Part shown: piece by piece, positions 1 to 8,994 of the stretch | How the letters are laid out: each line of letters begins with the position of its first letter | Position numbering within the stretch: position 1 is the stretch's first letter | Origin: Patiriisocius sp. | GTDB taxonomy: Bacteria; Patescibacteriota; Minisyncoccia; Phycocordibacterales; UBA918 | Direction of reading: 5' to 3' | Assembly (NCBI GenBank): GCA_047624725.1 | Contig: JBLHQB010000003.1 | Location: 1 to 47,243 of the forward strand | Length of the DNA stretch: 47,243 bases | Program-made: the position numbers and the translations under genes | Notes under the pieces: model-generated | What the model was told of the DNA's origin: nothing | The model's input: only the letters and a program-made list of their open reading frames with translations | The model's database searches: none

Positions 1-1
1 C

Positions 2-274
2 ATGTCCTCAATGAAGGACTTGGCTACGTGTGGATATTTAAGTATGGAATTTGATGATGAAAAGGGAGAAGAGTATGAAATTCGAGCAAGAAATGCAGCT
101 AAGAAAGTTCGTGCAATAGAGAATGCATTTGCATCTTACATTGGAGGCAGCGCGGAGGCAGAGCTTAAACAAGCTATGGATTTAGATTATGGAAAAATAA
201 ACAAGAGAGGTGAAGTTGCCCCTGAAGGTAAAAGATTTACTATTTTAGGTGATTTAATTGACGAAACAGACTGA
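2..274 (+). CDS. hypothetical protein, probably 5'-truncated at window edge, within integrative element
   Basis: 90-aa ORF starting at the window edge, same strand as downstream island genes; no motif recognised. Confidence 0.5.
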   Translation: MSSMKDLATCGYLSMEFDDEKGEEYEIRARNAAKKVRAIENAFASYIGGSAEAELKQAMDLDYGKINKRGEVAPEGKRFTILGDLIDETD

Positions 275-309
275 GAATAAGCAGAAATTCTTAATAATTA
301 TTAATGTAA

Positions 310-1410
310 ATGAATAAAAAAGATTGGACAGAAGAACTTAAAAAAATATTCGCCAGTGAGATTGATGAGAATCCCTCAATGATAGGTTATTTTCTTGAGC
401 TGTATCCTTCAAAGGAGTTCTGGGATGAGTTTTCTAATATTGCGGAACAGGATGATGCAGCCTACGGCGTATTGGGAGCGATCCGGTCACATTTTTTTGA
501 CGAGGATGAATGTGAAAAATTTATCTTTAGATGCATAGCGGGAGAAGATGAAGCTGTTAAAAAAGGTCTATCAATTTTAAGAAGTTATTCTAAAGCTGGA
601 TTCAGGTCGTTTAAACGTGACGCTAAAACGAATAAATATCACTCACTCCGTTCTCTTGATAGATATACTCCGTATACCTCAGAAGAAAAAAAGACATATC
701 GTAAGTTTAGACAATTAACCAGAGAGAAGGGCTTTAACAATGATGTTCAATTAATTCGTGATGAATATGAACTAAACTTTGGTGACGTGTCATTTAATGA
801 GGGTGATTACAAGGAATTTAATGAATATGATATAGGTGGTTTGATATGGAATGAAACAACAGATCTGTTGATTAAATATGGTCTATCTACCAGTTTACGA
901 CGCGGTCTTGCTGTGTACATAGTTTTTACCGAGGTACCCGTGCATTTGAACAGCCCTCATGCTGGGTCTTGTGAATTAACTGATCGTAATGATTCTTTGG
1001 AACATCAAAGGTTAATACGGAGTAATAAGCTTTATATGTCTGAAGACTCAGAAGAGGATGCTTCTCATAAACGTTTTGCTAAAAAGTTACAAGTTAATAA
1101 TCTTAGAGAGTACCCTATATCAATACGTATAACTCCTCATGCCACGATAAGTGATATTAAAAAATTCGTAGAATTAAGTTCTGAAAGACTAAAAGAGCTA
1201 CAACAGGTGTATCTACAGGAAAGGGTAGATACAAAAACTTTTAAGGTTCGCATTACAAACAAAAAATATGATTACATTTGGGAAAACCAGGATAATGATA
1301 CTAGGCCAGTCTTGGCTGAAAAAGTAAATCAAAAATTTAGAACAAGACATGATGCTATTTATGTAAGGAACATAATCTCTAGAGAAAATAAGAGACGAGG
1401 CAAACCGTAG
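310..1410 (+). CDS. hypothetical protein, possibly DNA-binding (basic C-terminus)
   Basis: 366-aa ORF in AT-rich island; C-terminal LAEKVNQKF...YVRNIISRENKRR resembles an HTH-like basic tail. Confidence 0.6.
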   Translation: MNKKDWTEELKKIFASEIDENPSMIGYFLELYPSKEFWDEFSNIAEQDDAAYGVLGAIRSHFFDEDECEKFIFRCIAGEDEAVKKGLSILRSYSKAGFRSFKRDAKTNKYHSLRSLDRYTPYTSEEKKTYRKFRQLTREKGFNNDVQLIRDEYELNFGDVSFNEGDYKEFNEYDIGGLIWNETTDLLIKYGLSTSLRRGLAVYIVFTEVPVHLNSPHAGSCELTDRNDSLEHQRLIRSNKLYMSEDSEEDASHKRFAKKLQVNNLREYPISIRITPHATISDIKKFVELSSERLKELQQVYLQERVDTKTFKVRITNKKYDYIWENQDNDTRPVLAEKVNQKFRTRHDAIYVRNIISRENKRRGKP

Positions 1411-1484
1411 CAGGTTTTTGTTTGAAATATTGTTACGACATGAATAGTGGGGATTGGTTAATCTATTGTCATTAACCGATTCTT

Positions 1485-1718
1485 ATGAATTTTAATGAAT
1501 ATATAACAACAGATTTATATGAGGCAGTGGTATTAAAATACACTGATCATAAATTAGAGTGTGTTGATAAGACACAGAGGCGAGCAGAGTTCTGCTTTGC
1601 ACGAAGAGCCGATACAGATGCCATATTGAAAAGTTACCGGGAAAGGGTTTTACGGGTCGAACCTTACGCCTTTTCTCTGTGTTTACGAGACATTAAGGAC
1701 AGGCTGTACAACGGCTAA
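1485..1718 (+). CDS. DUF5659-like small protein of CPR integrative elements
   Basis: 77 aa, TTDLYEAVVL...RAEFCF...VEPYAF...IKDRLY pattern recalled from small proteins upstream of CPR recombinases. Confidence 0.55.
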   Translation: MNFNEYITTDLYEAVVLKYTDHKLECVDKTQRRAEFCFARRADTDAILKSYRERVLRVEPYAFSLCLRDIKDRLYNG

Positions 1719-1719
1719 T

Positions 1720-1905
1720 ATGAAGCTTCAGGACCGTCACATAGACGAATTCATTACATTGTATGCAAAGCATTATGGTGTGGTTCTGGAGCGTGATACA
1801 GCGCTAGAGAAGGGTATGGAGCTATGTCGATTCATTCGAATAGTGTCTATGTCTGGAGAGGACAAAAATATAAATGAGTATGAAAACGTCAAAAATAGCA
1901 CATAA
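1720..1905 (+). CDS. small hypothetical protein associated with recombinase elements
   Basis: 61 aa MKLQDRHIDEFITLYAKHYG...ALEKGMELC, starts 1 nt after previous stop. Confidence 0.55.
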   Translation: MKLQDRHIDEFITLYAKHYGVVLERDTALEKGMELCRFIRIVSMSGEDKNINEYENVKNST

Positions 1906-2692
1906 GAGTTATATATCAATACAAAAAGAATGGTTCGATATGGTGAACGGAGGGGTTCTTACATTGAGTGATTTTTTAGTGTTGTTATGGCTACGTGACA
2001 TTGCAAACATAAAAGGGGTGGCATTAGTTCAGTCCTATGCCTGGTTAGGAAGCATTCTGCCTTCTGGGAACACTTTGAAAACACATGCTATTGCCAAAAT
2101 TCTAAAGAAATTACAGAAGCTCAAGTTGATTGACTACTCAAACACCCAGGGGAGTAGAAGTGGATTTCGCATCACCTTGTCCCATTGGCCAATAGGTTGC
2201 AACATGGCAAGAGTGTTTATTGATGAAAGTGAAGATGCTCCAGTCACAACTGGAGAACAGACTAAGATGATTAGTCATTCACAAGTGGAACTTAATGTTG
2301 AAAGTATAAAACACAAGTCAGTTGTAGATACAGACGTTGTAAAACATGGTCATAAGCCATCATCTATAAAGGACCTAATCACAAGTAGACAGATAGAGAA
2401 GGGGATCAAGAGTGAGAAAAACAACGATCGTCATTCAAATAAAACAACAAAGGTTTCAACGTATGTCCCTAGTTCGGAGATTGATGACCGTCTACACCGC
2501 ATTGCAAAAAGTGTTGACGAAGAGTATATGGGTTTTGTTTTCTGGGTATATGGAGAGAAGAAAGATGAAGGTATTTCTGTTATGGATAAAGTGGCTGCTA
2601 ATTTAATTGATTATCCAGGTCCAGTATCAAAACCTCGCCTATTTAATAGCGAGGTTTGCCGAAGGTTGCAGTTAGGTAAATACGATGCATAG
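1874..2692 (+). CDS. putative winged-helix replication-initiator-like protein
   Basis: 272 aa; N-terminal wHTH-like segment (LSDFLVLLWL...AIAKILKKLQKLKLIDY), low-complexity linker, short C-terminal domain ending KPRLFNS; position in mobile element. Confidence 0.45.
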   Translation: MSMKTSKIAHKSYISIQKEWFDMVNGGVLTLSDFLVLLWLRDIANIKGVALVQSYAWLGSILPSGNTLKTHAIAKILKKLQKLKLIDYSNTQGSRSGFRITLSHWPIGCNMARVFIDESEDAPVTTGEQTKMISHSQVELNVESIKHKSVVDTDVVKHGHKPSSIKDLITSRQIEKGIKSEKNNDRHSNKTTKVSTYVPSSEIDDRLHRIAKSVDEEYMGFVFWVYGEKKDEGISVMDKVAANLIDYPGPVSKPRLFNSEVCRRLQLGKYDA

Positions 2693-2781
2693 TTGATTAA
2701 ATATCAATAAATCATACTTTTGGTGGTTTTAGGTGGAAACTGCAATATTCAGACACATTATTAGCGTATTATATAAATACT

Positions 2782-4545
2782 ATGAAAAACATGGATACAT
2801 ACAAGGCAGATAAGTATTTCTTGTATATTCGAAGGTCCCAAGATGCGGAAGATCGCCAGATGGCATCACTTGATGACCAAGAAAAAGAAATGAGGGAGGT
2901 GGCCAAGCGTCTCAACCTGAAAATTGCAGATGTCATTCATGAATCTCAATCAGCAAAACAACCTGGGAGACCTAAGTTTAATGAGATGATCGCACGTATT
3001 CACTCAGGTGAAGCTGATGGGATCCTTTGTTGGAAAATAAATAGACTTGCACGAAACCCTGTAGATGGTGGTCAGATATCTTGGCTGTTACAACAGCGTG
3101 TTATCAGCCATATACAGACATACACAAGAGACTACCAACCGTCCGATAATGTGATCATGATGGCTGTGGAGCTTGGTATGGCTAATCAGTTTGTGAATGA
3201 TTTGAGTGTGGATGTGAAACGTGGAATGAGGAATAAAGCTGAGAGAGGGTGGAACCCACAAAGACTGTTACCAATTGGGTATAAGCACAACAAAGGCTAC
3301 GAAAAAGGGGAAGATGAAATCATGACAAACGATGACATCCTGATTGTAGAGAGACTCTTTAGGGAGATGTTAACTGGTTCTTATTCCGCATCTGATATTC
3401 ATCGACTCTCTATAACTTATGGGTTGCTCAGTAAAAAAGGGAAGCCACGTACGCTCCAAACTATAGTAAATATGCTTACCAGTGAATTCTACTTTGGACA
3501 GTTTGCATGGAAAGACCAGGAGGGTAATCAGGTGAAACATGCAGGTGTACACGCCACTATTTTGACCGAAGTTGAATATAATAGGGTGCAACAGCTATTG
3601 GGTAAGAAAGGCCGCCCAACACGTGTTAACAAGCTAGATTTCGCCTTCAGGGGGCCTGTTAAATGTGGAGAGTGTAGTTGTAGTGTTACCGCTGAACATA
3701 AGACCAGGTGTATTTGCAGTAACTGTAAATTTAAGTTTTCATGCAAAGTTCAGACGGAGTGTCCAAAGTGTAATACTGATATTTCAGAGATGGAAAACCC
3801 AAAGCTCTACAACAATGTGTATTATCACTGCACTAAGAAGAACAAGGAGGTGAAGTGTTCACAGAGCGTGATTGATGAAACGGATTTAGAGAAGCAGATA
3901 TTGACGGAGCTAGGAAAAATAGAGATTAGTGATGATTTTTACCGATGGGCTGTAGAAGCTCTTAAATATATGCATGGAGATGAGATGGTGACTCAGGATG
4001 AGGTAGCTGAAAAGCTTGATAAGAAAGCTTCAGGACTACGTAACCGCCTCGACCAGCTTGTTGTGATGAGAGCTGATGGAGAGATCACAGGACAGCAGCT
4101 GTCTAAGATGAGTGAAGAATCTAACTCTGAACTAAGAGATTTAGAAGGTGAACAAAAACGATTGTATAACAGAATGTCAGAATGGGTAGTTTCTGCAGAC
4201 AAGTACTTAACCTTTGCTGAGAAAGCTTGTGAGAGATTTAATATATCGAGTAACCAAGAGAAAAGAGAGATGCTTGAAACATTAGGTTCGACACTGGAGC
4301 TAATAGATAAAAAACTTAGAGTTGTAGTGCCCAATGAGCTGTTAGGGTTCAGTAACGTATATAAAAAGATGGGTAATGACTTAGGAAGGTTCGACACCAA
4401 AAAAGCCCTTGATATACAAGGACTTTCTGGGCAAAAGCGTGAAGCTTTTACTAATCTGTGCGCCGAGCAGGATTCGAACCTGCGTAGAATAAATTCGGGA
4501 AGTTTACAGCCTCCTGCGATTGACCACTCCGCCATCGACGCTTAA
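2782..4545 (+). CDS. large serine recombinase (resolvase + recombinase + Zn ribbon + coiled coil)
   Basis: YIRRSQD catalytic Ser motif, ESQSAKQPGRPKF, WKINRLARN, PIGY, Cys-rich ribbon CGEC...YYHC, C-terminal coiled coil. Confidence 0.95.
   Translation: MKNMDTYKADKYFLYIRRSQDAEDRQMASLDDQEKEMREVAKRLNLKIADVIHESQSAKQPGRPKFNEMIARIHSGEADGILCWKINRLARNPVDGGQISWLLQQRVISHIQTYTRDYQPSDNVIMMAVELGMANQFVNDLSVDVKRGMRNKAERGWNPQRLLPIGYKHNKGYEKGEDEIMTNDDILIVERLFREMLTGSYSASDIHRLSITYGLLSKKGKPRTLQTIVNMLTSEFYFGQFAWKDQEGNQVKHAGVHATILTEVEYNRVQQLLGKKGRPTRVNKLDFAFRGPVKCGECSCSVTAEHKTRCICSNCKFKFSCKVQTECPKCNTDISEMENPKLYNNVYYHCTKKNKEVKCSQSVIDETDLEKQILTELGKIEISDDFYRWAVEALKYMHGDEMVTQDEVAEKLDKKASGLRNRLDQLVVMRADGEITGQQLSKMSEESNSELRDLEGEQKRLYNRMSEWVVSADKYLTFAEKACERFNISSNQEKREMLETLGSTLELIDKKLRVVVPNELLGFSNVYKKMGNDLGRFDTKKALDIQGLSGQKREAFTNLCAEQDSNLRRINSGSLQPPAIDHSAIDA
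4459..4541 (-). tRNA. tRNA-Tyr (GTA), CCA not encoded
   Basis: revcomp GCGTCGA-TG-GCGGAGTGGTCAATCGC-A-GGAGG CTGTAAA CTTCC-variable arm-GCAGG TTCGAAT CCTGC-TCGGCGC-A; all stems pair. Confidence 0.95.
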
Positions 4546-5160
4546 ATTTTTTGTATATTCTTCTATCCAAAAGAGAATTTGCCGTAACAATTTCTTGTCT
4601 GAGTACCGAATATGTACTAGACCATACGGCATTTTATCTTTTTTATCAAGTCTTTGTCCCTGCTTAACATATGGTTTAGTAAATTGACCCTTAGAAACCG
4701 AGAGTTTTTTAGCCCAAAAGTCTATTTGCTGAGCTTGTTTTGTGGGTGATTTTGAGTGTGTATACAAAAAAACGCGCATACGTTTTTCTTCAACACCGCA
4801 AATTACGCGAAGGAAATGAATAAATAATTTTTGCATCTCTGGATCGCTATTTGCGAAATCGATCCCTGAACTTTTTTCGGTTTTATACCCTTCTGACCAA
4901 TAGAGCATTACTCCAGAAATTTTTAATGCTTCATCATGTTTGGTAGAAATTTCCTTTAATGTGTAGGATAGTGGTTTTCTCTCAAATCGGATTTTGCTAT
5001 TTACTGAAGGTTTCCTTCGTGCAATCTCGTTCTTCCGCATTGCATAGTACACAGCGTCGATTGAGCAGTTAAGAGTCTCCGCAATTTCGCGGGCACTACA
5101 ATTCTGAGTATTGTATAAAAATGTAAGTTTCAGAATTTCTTTCTTGTTTAAACGTGCCAT
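4504..5160 (-). CDS. HTH + LAGLIDADG-like endonuclease family protein (tRNA-adjacent)
   Basis: likely start ATG 5160 (MARLNKK); N-terminal HTH SAREIAETLNCSIDAVYYAM; GVMLYWSEGYK...FANSDPEMQKLFIHFL resembles a LAGLIDADG-like fold; ORF track start 5331 is probably too long. Confidence 0.7.
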   Translation of the reverse strand: MARLNKKEILKLTFLYNTQNCSAREIAETLNCSIDAVYYAMRKNEIARRKPSVNSKIRFERKPLSYTLKEISTKHDEALKISGVMLYWSEGYKTEKSSGIDFANSDPEMQKLFIHFLRVICGVEEKRMRVFLYTHSKSPTKQAQQIDFWAKKLSVSKGQFTKPYVKQGQRLDKKDKMPYGLVHIRYSDKKLLRQILFWIEEYTKNLSVDGGVVNRRRL

Positions 5161-5281
5161 AAGAAGATTGTAATGATCAAAGTAGAGTGTACATAGAACT
5201 GCTATATTTGACTTATTATAACCCCAAGTTATCACATATTGGATAAACAGGGAAGTGGATGGGCGTGATACCATTAGGGAA

Positions 5282-6271
5282 ATGAAATGGTGTAGCGCAA
5301 TGGTTAGTCTGGTGACGGTATTCTTGTTCACGAACGTGAGTGGTGTTTTTGCGCAGGTGTTGGTTCCTGCTGGACGTAATGGTGATTTTAGCGCTTCGGG
5401 CTATGGGACGTGTGAGTTTATTGAGTTGGTGAATAATGGGATTGGGTTCCTTATTGGATTGTTTTCACTGCTTGCAGTTATTGTCTTTGTCTATGCAGGA
5501 TTCCTGATGGTTTCTTCTGCGGGTAATATGCCGAGGATTCAGCAAGCACGAGGCTTGTTTACGAACGTCGCCATTGGACTAGTGATTATGCTCTCTGCAT
5601 TTCTAGTGGTTAACACTATCTTGAGTGTTCTCTCTGGAGGGAGCGCGTTTAATTGGGAAACTATTGAGTGCTCGTATGAGAATCAGACGGGAGAGGCAGT
5701 AGGAATTGATATTACTCTTGAGCAATATGTTGCATCGGGACGGTGGGTGAGTACCGGGTCAGAATATGGTGGGGGCGGAGGTCAGGTGTCACCAGGAGGA
5801 ACTTGCAGTATCGTAACCAGCGGAGCCTGTTCAGTAGATAGCTTACGCCCATATTTTGGTGCACGTGCAGAAGAGGCTTCACAGATTTGTAATATGGAGA
5901 GTGGTGGGGCCCCTGTTGCATCCCGGTCTGATATTTGCTGTGGAAGTCATGACCCGAGTCAGTGTGATAACTACTCCTTCTCTGGTGGGTATTTCCAAAT
6001 TAACATTTTAGCCCATGGGAATTCCTTAGGATGTGCCTCTAATTTCTATGAACGAAATGGCTCTGGCACACAAGGTGATTGTATCCGCAGAACATCTGAA
6101 GGGATTTGTATCGGTTGGTCATGTAGAATTACTGATGTACCGGCATATCAAAGTTGTATGGCCAGGACTATGAGCCAGGATACAAATTTCGCTACCGCTG
6201 GTAGACTATTTAACCAAAGCGGTTTTCAGCCCTGGTCATGGTCTGCACGACGTTGTAATGTTCCGTTCTAA
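5282..6271 (+). CDS. VirB2/TrbC-like pilin fused to C-terminal lysozyme-like/lytic transglycosylase domain
   Basis: signal peptide ending VFAQ, pilin pattern VYAGFLMVSSAGN...ARGLFTNVAIGLVIML, then ICNMESGG (catalytic Glu), GYFQIN, GFQPWS. Confidence 0.75.
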   Translation: MKWCSAMVSLVTVFLFTNVSGVFAQVLVPAGRNGDFSASGYGTCEFIELVNNGIGFLIGLFSLLAVIVFVYAGFLMVSSAGNMPRIQQARGLFTNVAIGLVIMLSAFLVVNTILSVLSGGSAFNWETIECSYENQTGEAVGIDITLEQYVASGRWVSTGSEYGGGGGQVSPGGTCSIVTSGACSVDSLRPYFGARAEEASQICNMESGGAPVASRSDICCGSHDPSQCDNYSFSGGYFQINILAHGNSLGCASNFYERNGSGTQGDCIRRTSEGICIGWSCRITDVPAYQSCMARTMSQDTNFATAGRLFNQSGFQPWSWSARRCNVPF

Positions 6272-6818
6272 TAATATGTTCAAAAATAAATTATTTGTTA
6301 CTGGTGTTGTCGTAGTGGTCCTGGTAGCGACCTTAGTTTTTAGAATAGTTTTTCTTAGTGATGCACCAACTTCGTCACAATACCCAGAACTCCCTGATGT
6401 ATCACTTGGTGAGTTTGATTCTAATGATCAAACCGAACCTGGAACTGTACTGAGTGGCCCCTCTGTACTTTCAGTAACCGGACAGCGCGTGCAAGTGCGT
6501 GATTTTAGTAATGATGCCGATACGTTTGTTTTTACGCCTGAAACGATTGTTCTTGGTGAAGAAGAAGGGCTCGTCGATACGCAATATAGAATTTTCTATT
6601 TTCCCGAGGATGGGAGCATCACCATTTCACTTCTGTCAGAACCGTTACACATTTCCCGTGAACTAGCCCAAGAAGAACTTGCAACATCGCTCGGTCTTTC
6701 TGAGGCCTTGTTATGTTCTTTTACTATTAGGGTAACCACACCGCGAACGGTGTCTGACCCGTATGCAGGACGCAACCTTGGCCTGAGTTTTTGTGATACT
6801 AGTGTATCTTTGAATTAA
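6258..6818 (+). CDS. single-TM exported hypothetical protein in pilin operon
   Basis: N-terminal TM helix; C-terminal YRIFYF...ITISLL...LLC...LSFC with a Cys pair; start may be 6276. Confidence 0.7.
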   Translation: MFRSNNMFKNKLFVTGVVVVVLVATLVFRIVFLSDAPTSSQYPELPDVSLGEFDSNDQTEPGTVLSGPSVLSVTGQRVQVRDFSNDADTFVFTPETIVLGEEEGLVDTQYRIFYFPEDGSITISLLSEPLHISRELAQEELATSLGLSEALLCSFTIRVTTPRTVSDPYAGRNLGLSFCDTSVSLN

Positions 6819-6819
6819 T

Positions 6820-7716
6820 ATGAAATACCTCACACTGTTACCATTATTTATTTTCCTACTCATTCCAGAATCAATTTCTGCACAGGGTTTCCTTACCTGT
6901 GTTGGGGATGATTGTAACTACTGCACATTGATACAAACAGTAAACTCAGTTACTGACTGGGTGCTGGTTGTATCTATTTTGATTGCAGTAATACTGCTTA
7001 TGTATCAGGGATTTAGAATAGCAGGATCCCGAGGTGATGTGTCTGCATTTGCGCAAGCACGCTCAAGTTTTGCCAACATAGTTATCGGTATTTTTATCAT
7101 CATGGCAGCAGGGACTATTATCGATACATTGATGAAGTCTGTGGCTGGAGGGCAATTTGGATTATGGAATCAGCCGACTAGTTGCGGGGGAGCATTTGAG
7201 GCTGGAAGTGCTACGGACATAGATATAGAACTTCATGAGCATGAGGCTTCTGAAGCACTTACTGATAACCCATACGGTGAAGGAGGAGTCTATGCTCTGG
7301 AAGGTCCAGAAGCAGGTACGACCGCACCACCGTCAGGTACTGCTGATGGTTCATTTACCTATCAATCAGGCATCTCAGCACAGCGTGGACACGCATCGCC
7401 CGCATTAAGTTCCATGCTCAATTGTATGGCACAACGAGTTCCGGGAAATGTTGGTCAAATTTCATCGATATCCGACAGTCGTATTGTTAACGGTTCACAA
7501 ACGTTTCAGTCATGCGTATCTGGAGGTTGTGCACACGTGAGAAACTCTCGTCACTATGGTGGTGCTACCTGCACAGGAAGTTCATACGCAGTAGATTTTG
7601 GTGATGAACAAAATGTAGGGGTTATTTGTCAGGCAGCAAATGCTTGCGGAAGTGTGAGCAGTTGTAGCGTGCATAACGGTAATCACGTTCACTTAAGTCT
7701 ACCCTTGTCTTGTTAA
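6820..7716 (+). CDS. VirB2/TrbC-like pilin fused to C-terminal M15-like (LAS) zinc peptidase domain
   Basis: pilin pattern MYQGFRIAGSRGD...ARSSFANIVIG; C-terminal NSRHYGG...AVDF...HVHLS matches the H/D/HxH Zn-binding motif. Confidence 0.72.
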   Translation: MKYLTLLPLFIFLLIPESISAQGFLTCVGDDCNYCTLIQTVNSVTDWVLVVSILIAVILLMYQGFRIAGSRGDVSAFAQARSSFANIVIGIFIIMAAGTIIDTLMKSVAGGQFGLWNQPTSCGGAFEAGSATDIDIELHEHEASEALTDNPYGEGGVYALEGPEAGTTAPPSGTADGSFTYQSGISAQRGHASPALSSMLNCMAQRVPGNVGQISSISDSRIVNGSQTFQSCVSGGCAHVRNSRHYGGATCTGSSYAVDFGDEQNVGVICQAANACGSVSSCSVHNGNHVHLSLPLSC

Positions 7717-7717
7717 T

Positions 7718-8590
7718 ATGAAACTATTTTCCTTAGTCAGTCTCTTCTTTCTTTTGCCAAGTATGATCTTCGCGCAGGGTGGTCTTGTGGCGTGCACGGG
7801 CGGGGACACGTGTGGGTTTTGTGAGTTGGTGTTGATGGTAAATAATATTGTTGAATGGTTGGTAATTATTGTGACTACGCTGACCGTGCTCCTTATAGCG
7901 TTTGCTGGATTTCGATTGATTACCTCAGGAGGTGACGCGCAGGCATTACAAGACGCGAAGAAGTATCTCTTTAATGCACTTATCGGAATTTTGATTATTC
8001 TTGCTGGATGGACGATTGTGGATACGGTATTAAAATTGGTAGCAGGTGGTGACTTGGGAGTATGGCAGCCACTATCGTGTGAGTACGCGAATCCTGCTGG
8101 AGAAATTCGGGATTATGAAGTTACCAATACGGTCAATGTTGCAGAGAGTAGGCCAGCTGGAGGAGGGGGAGTCCTGCCTGTTGCGGGCACTGGTGCGAAT
8201 GGTCCAGCTGGAGGTGCAGTGCCTTCTGAAACTGGAACCACTGTTCCAGGAGGAAGTGCTGGTACAAATGGCCCGGCTGGTGGTACTGGGTCTACAGGGA
8301 ATGGATCTACGGGCAGCACACCGTTGGATATAACTATTGGCGGAAATGTTCCTCAAGAGGTGACCCCCATTACTGATACCACGGTATACACAGTTAATCC
8401 GAGTGCTTCGTATGTGATCCATGAACCTGCTATGACTGAGTATGGTATCGAGGCGGGGGAGAGTCATGGCAATGCTATTGAGATAGTGGGAGTGTATAAC
8501 AATAGAATGCTGTATGTACGGGATTTGGTTGAGGGTAGAGAGTATGCGTTGGGGTGTCAGTTGGTGATGCCGGTGTTGGAGGGGTGTTAG
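7718..8590 (+). CDS. VirB2/TrbC-like pilin with Gly-rich linker and unknown C-terminal domain
   Basis: signal peptide, GLVAC..C.FC, AFAGFRLITSGGD...AKKYLFNALIG; linker with NGPAGG x2. Confidence 0.75.
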   Translation: MKLFSLVSLFFLLPSMIFAQGGLVACTGGDTCGFCELVLMVNNIVEWLVIIVTTLTVLLIAFAGFRLITSGGDAQALQDAKKYLFNALIGILIILAGWTIVDTVLKLVAGGDLGVWQPLSCEYANPAGEIRDYEVTNTVNVAESRPAGGGGVLPVAGTGANGPAGGAVPSETGTTVPGGSAGTNGPAGGTGSTGNGSTGSTPLDITIGGNVPQEVTPITDTTVYTVNPSASYVIHEPAMTEYGIEAGESHGNAIEIVGVYNNRMLYVRDLVEGREYALGCQLVMPVLEGC

Positions 8591-8617
8591 GAAAAGAGAA
8601 AATTGAGTTAGTTACTG

Positions 8618-8952
8618 TTAATTTAGTCAGGAGATACTCTGGTCCCTGGCGGTCACAGGTTACTTACTATAACTGTTCGCATGTGCTCCACTTCTACTAA
8701 GTACCTTCGGCCCACGTGGACTCGTCCCGCTTTTTCTAATTCGTTGCACTCATAAGAACGCTGGACGCGACTCGCTGTTGCGTCGCCTAGGAAGGGCTCC
8801 TCACAACGCTCCGTCGTTCGAGCCCGCGCCGCACGTGACGCAGGTCACGTGCTTGGGCCCGCAAAAGAAAAAACTCCCCTGAGGGAGTCATTTTCTTTTG
8901 CGGGCAAGAAACCTGGCTTTCAGAACTGCATAGGAAGAGGGAGTGTATCAAG
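8618..8952. repeat. structured tRNA-flank repeat unit 1 (multi-hairpin, tRNA 3'-end mimic, conserved 53-bp arm)
   Basis: GGCGGTCACAGGTTAC motif; 8709-8724 identical to tRNA-Trp 10689-10704; 8769-8815 matches 10554-10599 with one indel; 8900-8952 matches 9937-9989 at 49/53. Confidence 0.85.
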
Positions 8953-8994
8953 TCGAGTATTGCTACTTTGCAAAGTTTGGTATCATAGACAGAT

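Larger units (their letters stand above)
1..4458. mobile_element. right part of an integrative element inserted at the 3' end of tRNA-Tyr
   Basis: serine recombinase abutting the tRNA 3' end, AT-rich hypothetical genes, Rep-like gene; left boundary lies outside the window. Confidence 0.75.

Noticed and set aside
4459-5160. Group I intron in tRNA-Tyr carrying the LAGLIDADG-like ORF
   Set aside because: The tRNA is contiguous and complete; the ORF lies upstream and only overlaps it, with no separated exon seen.
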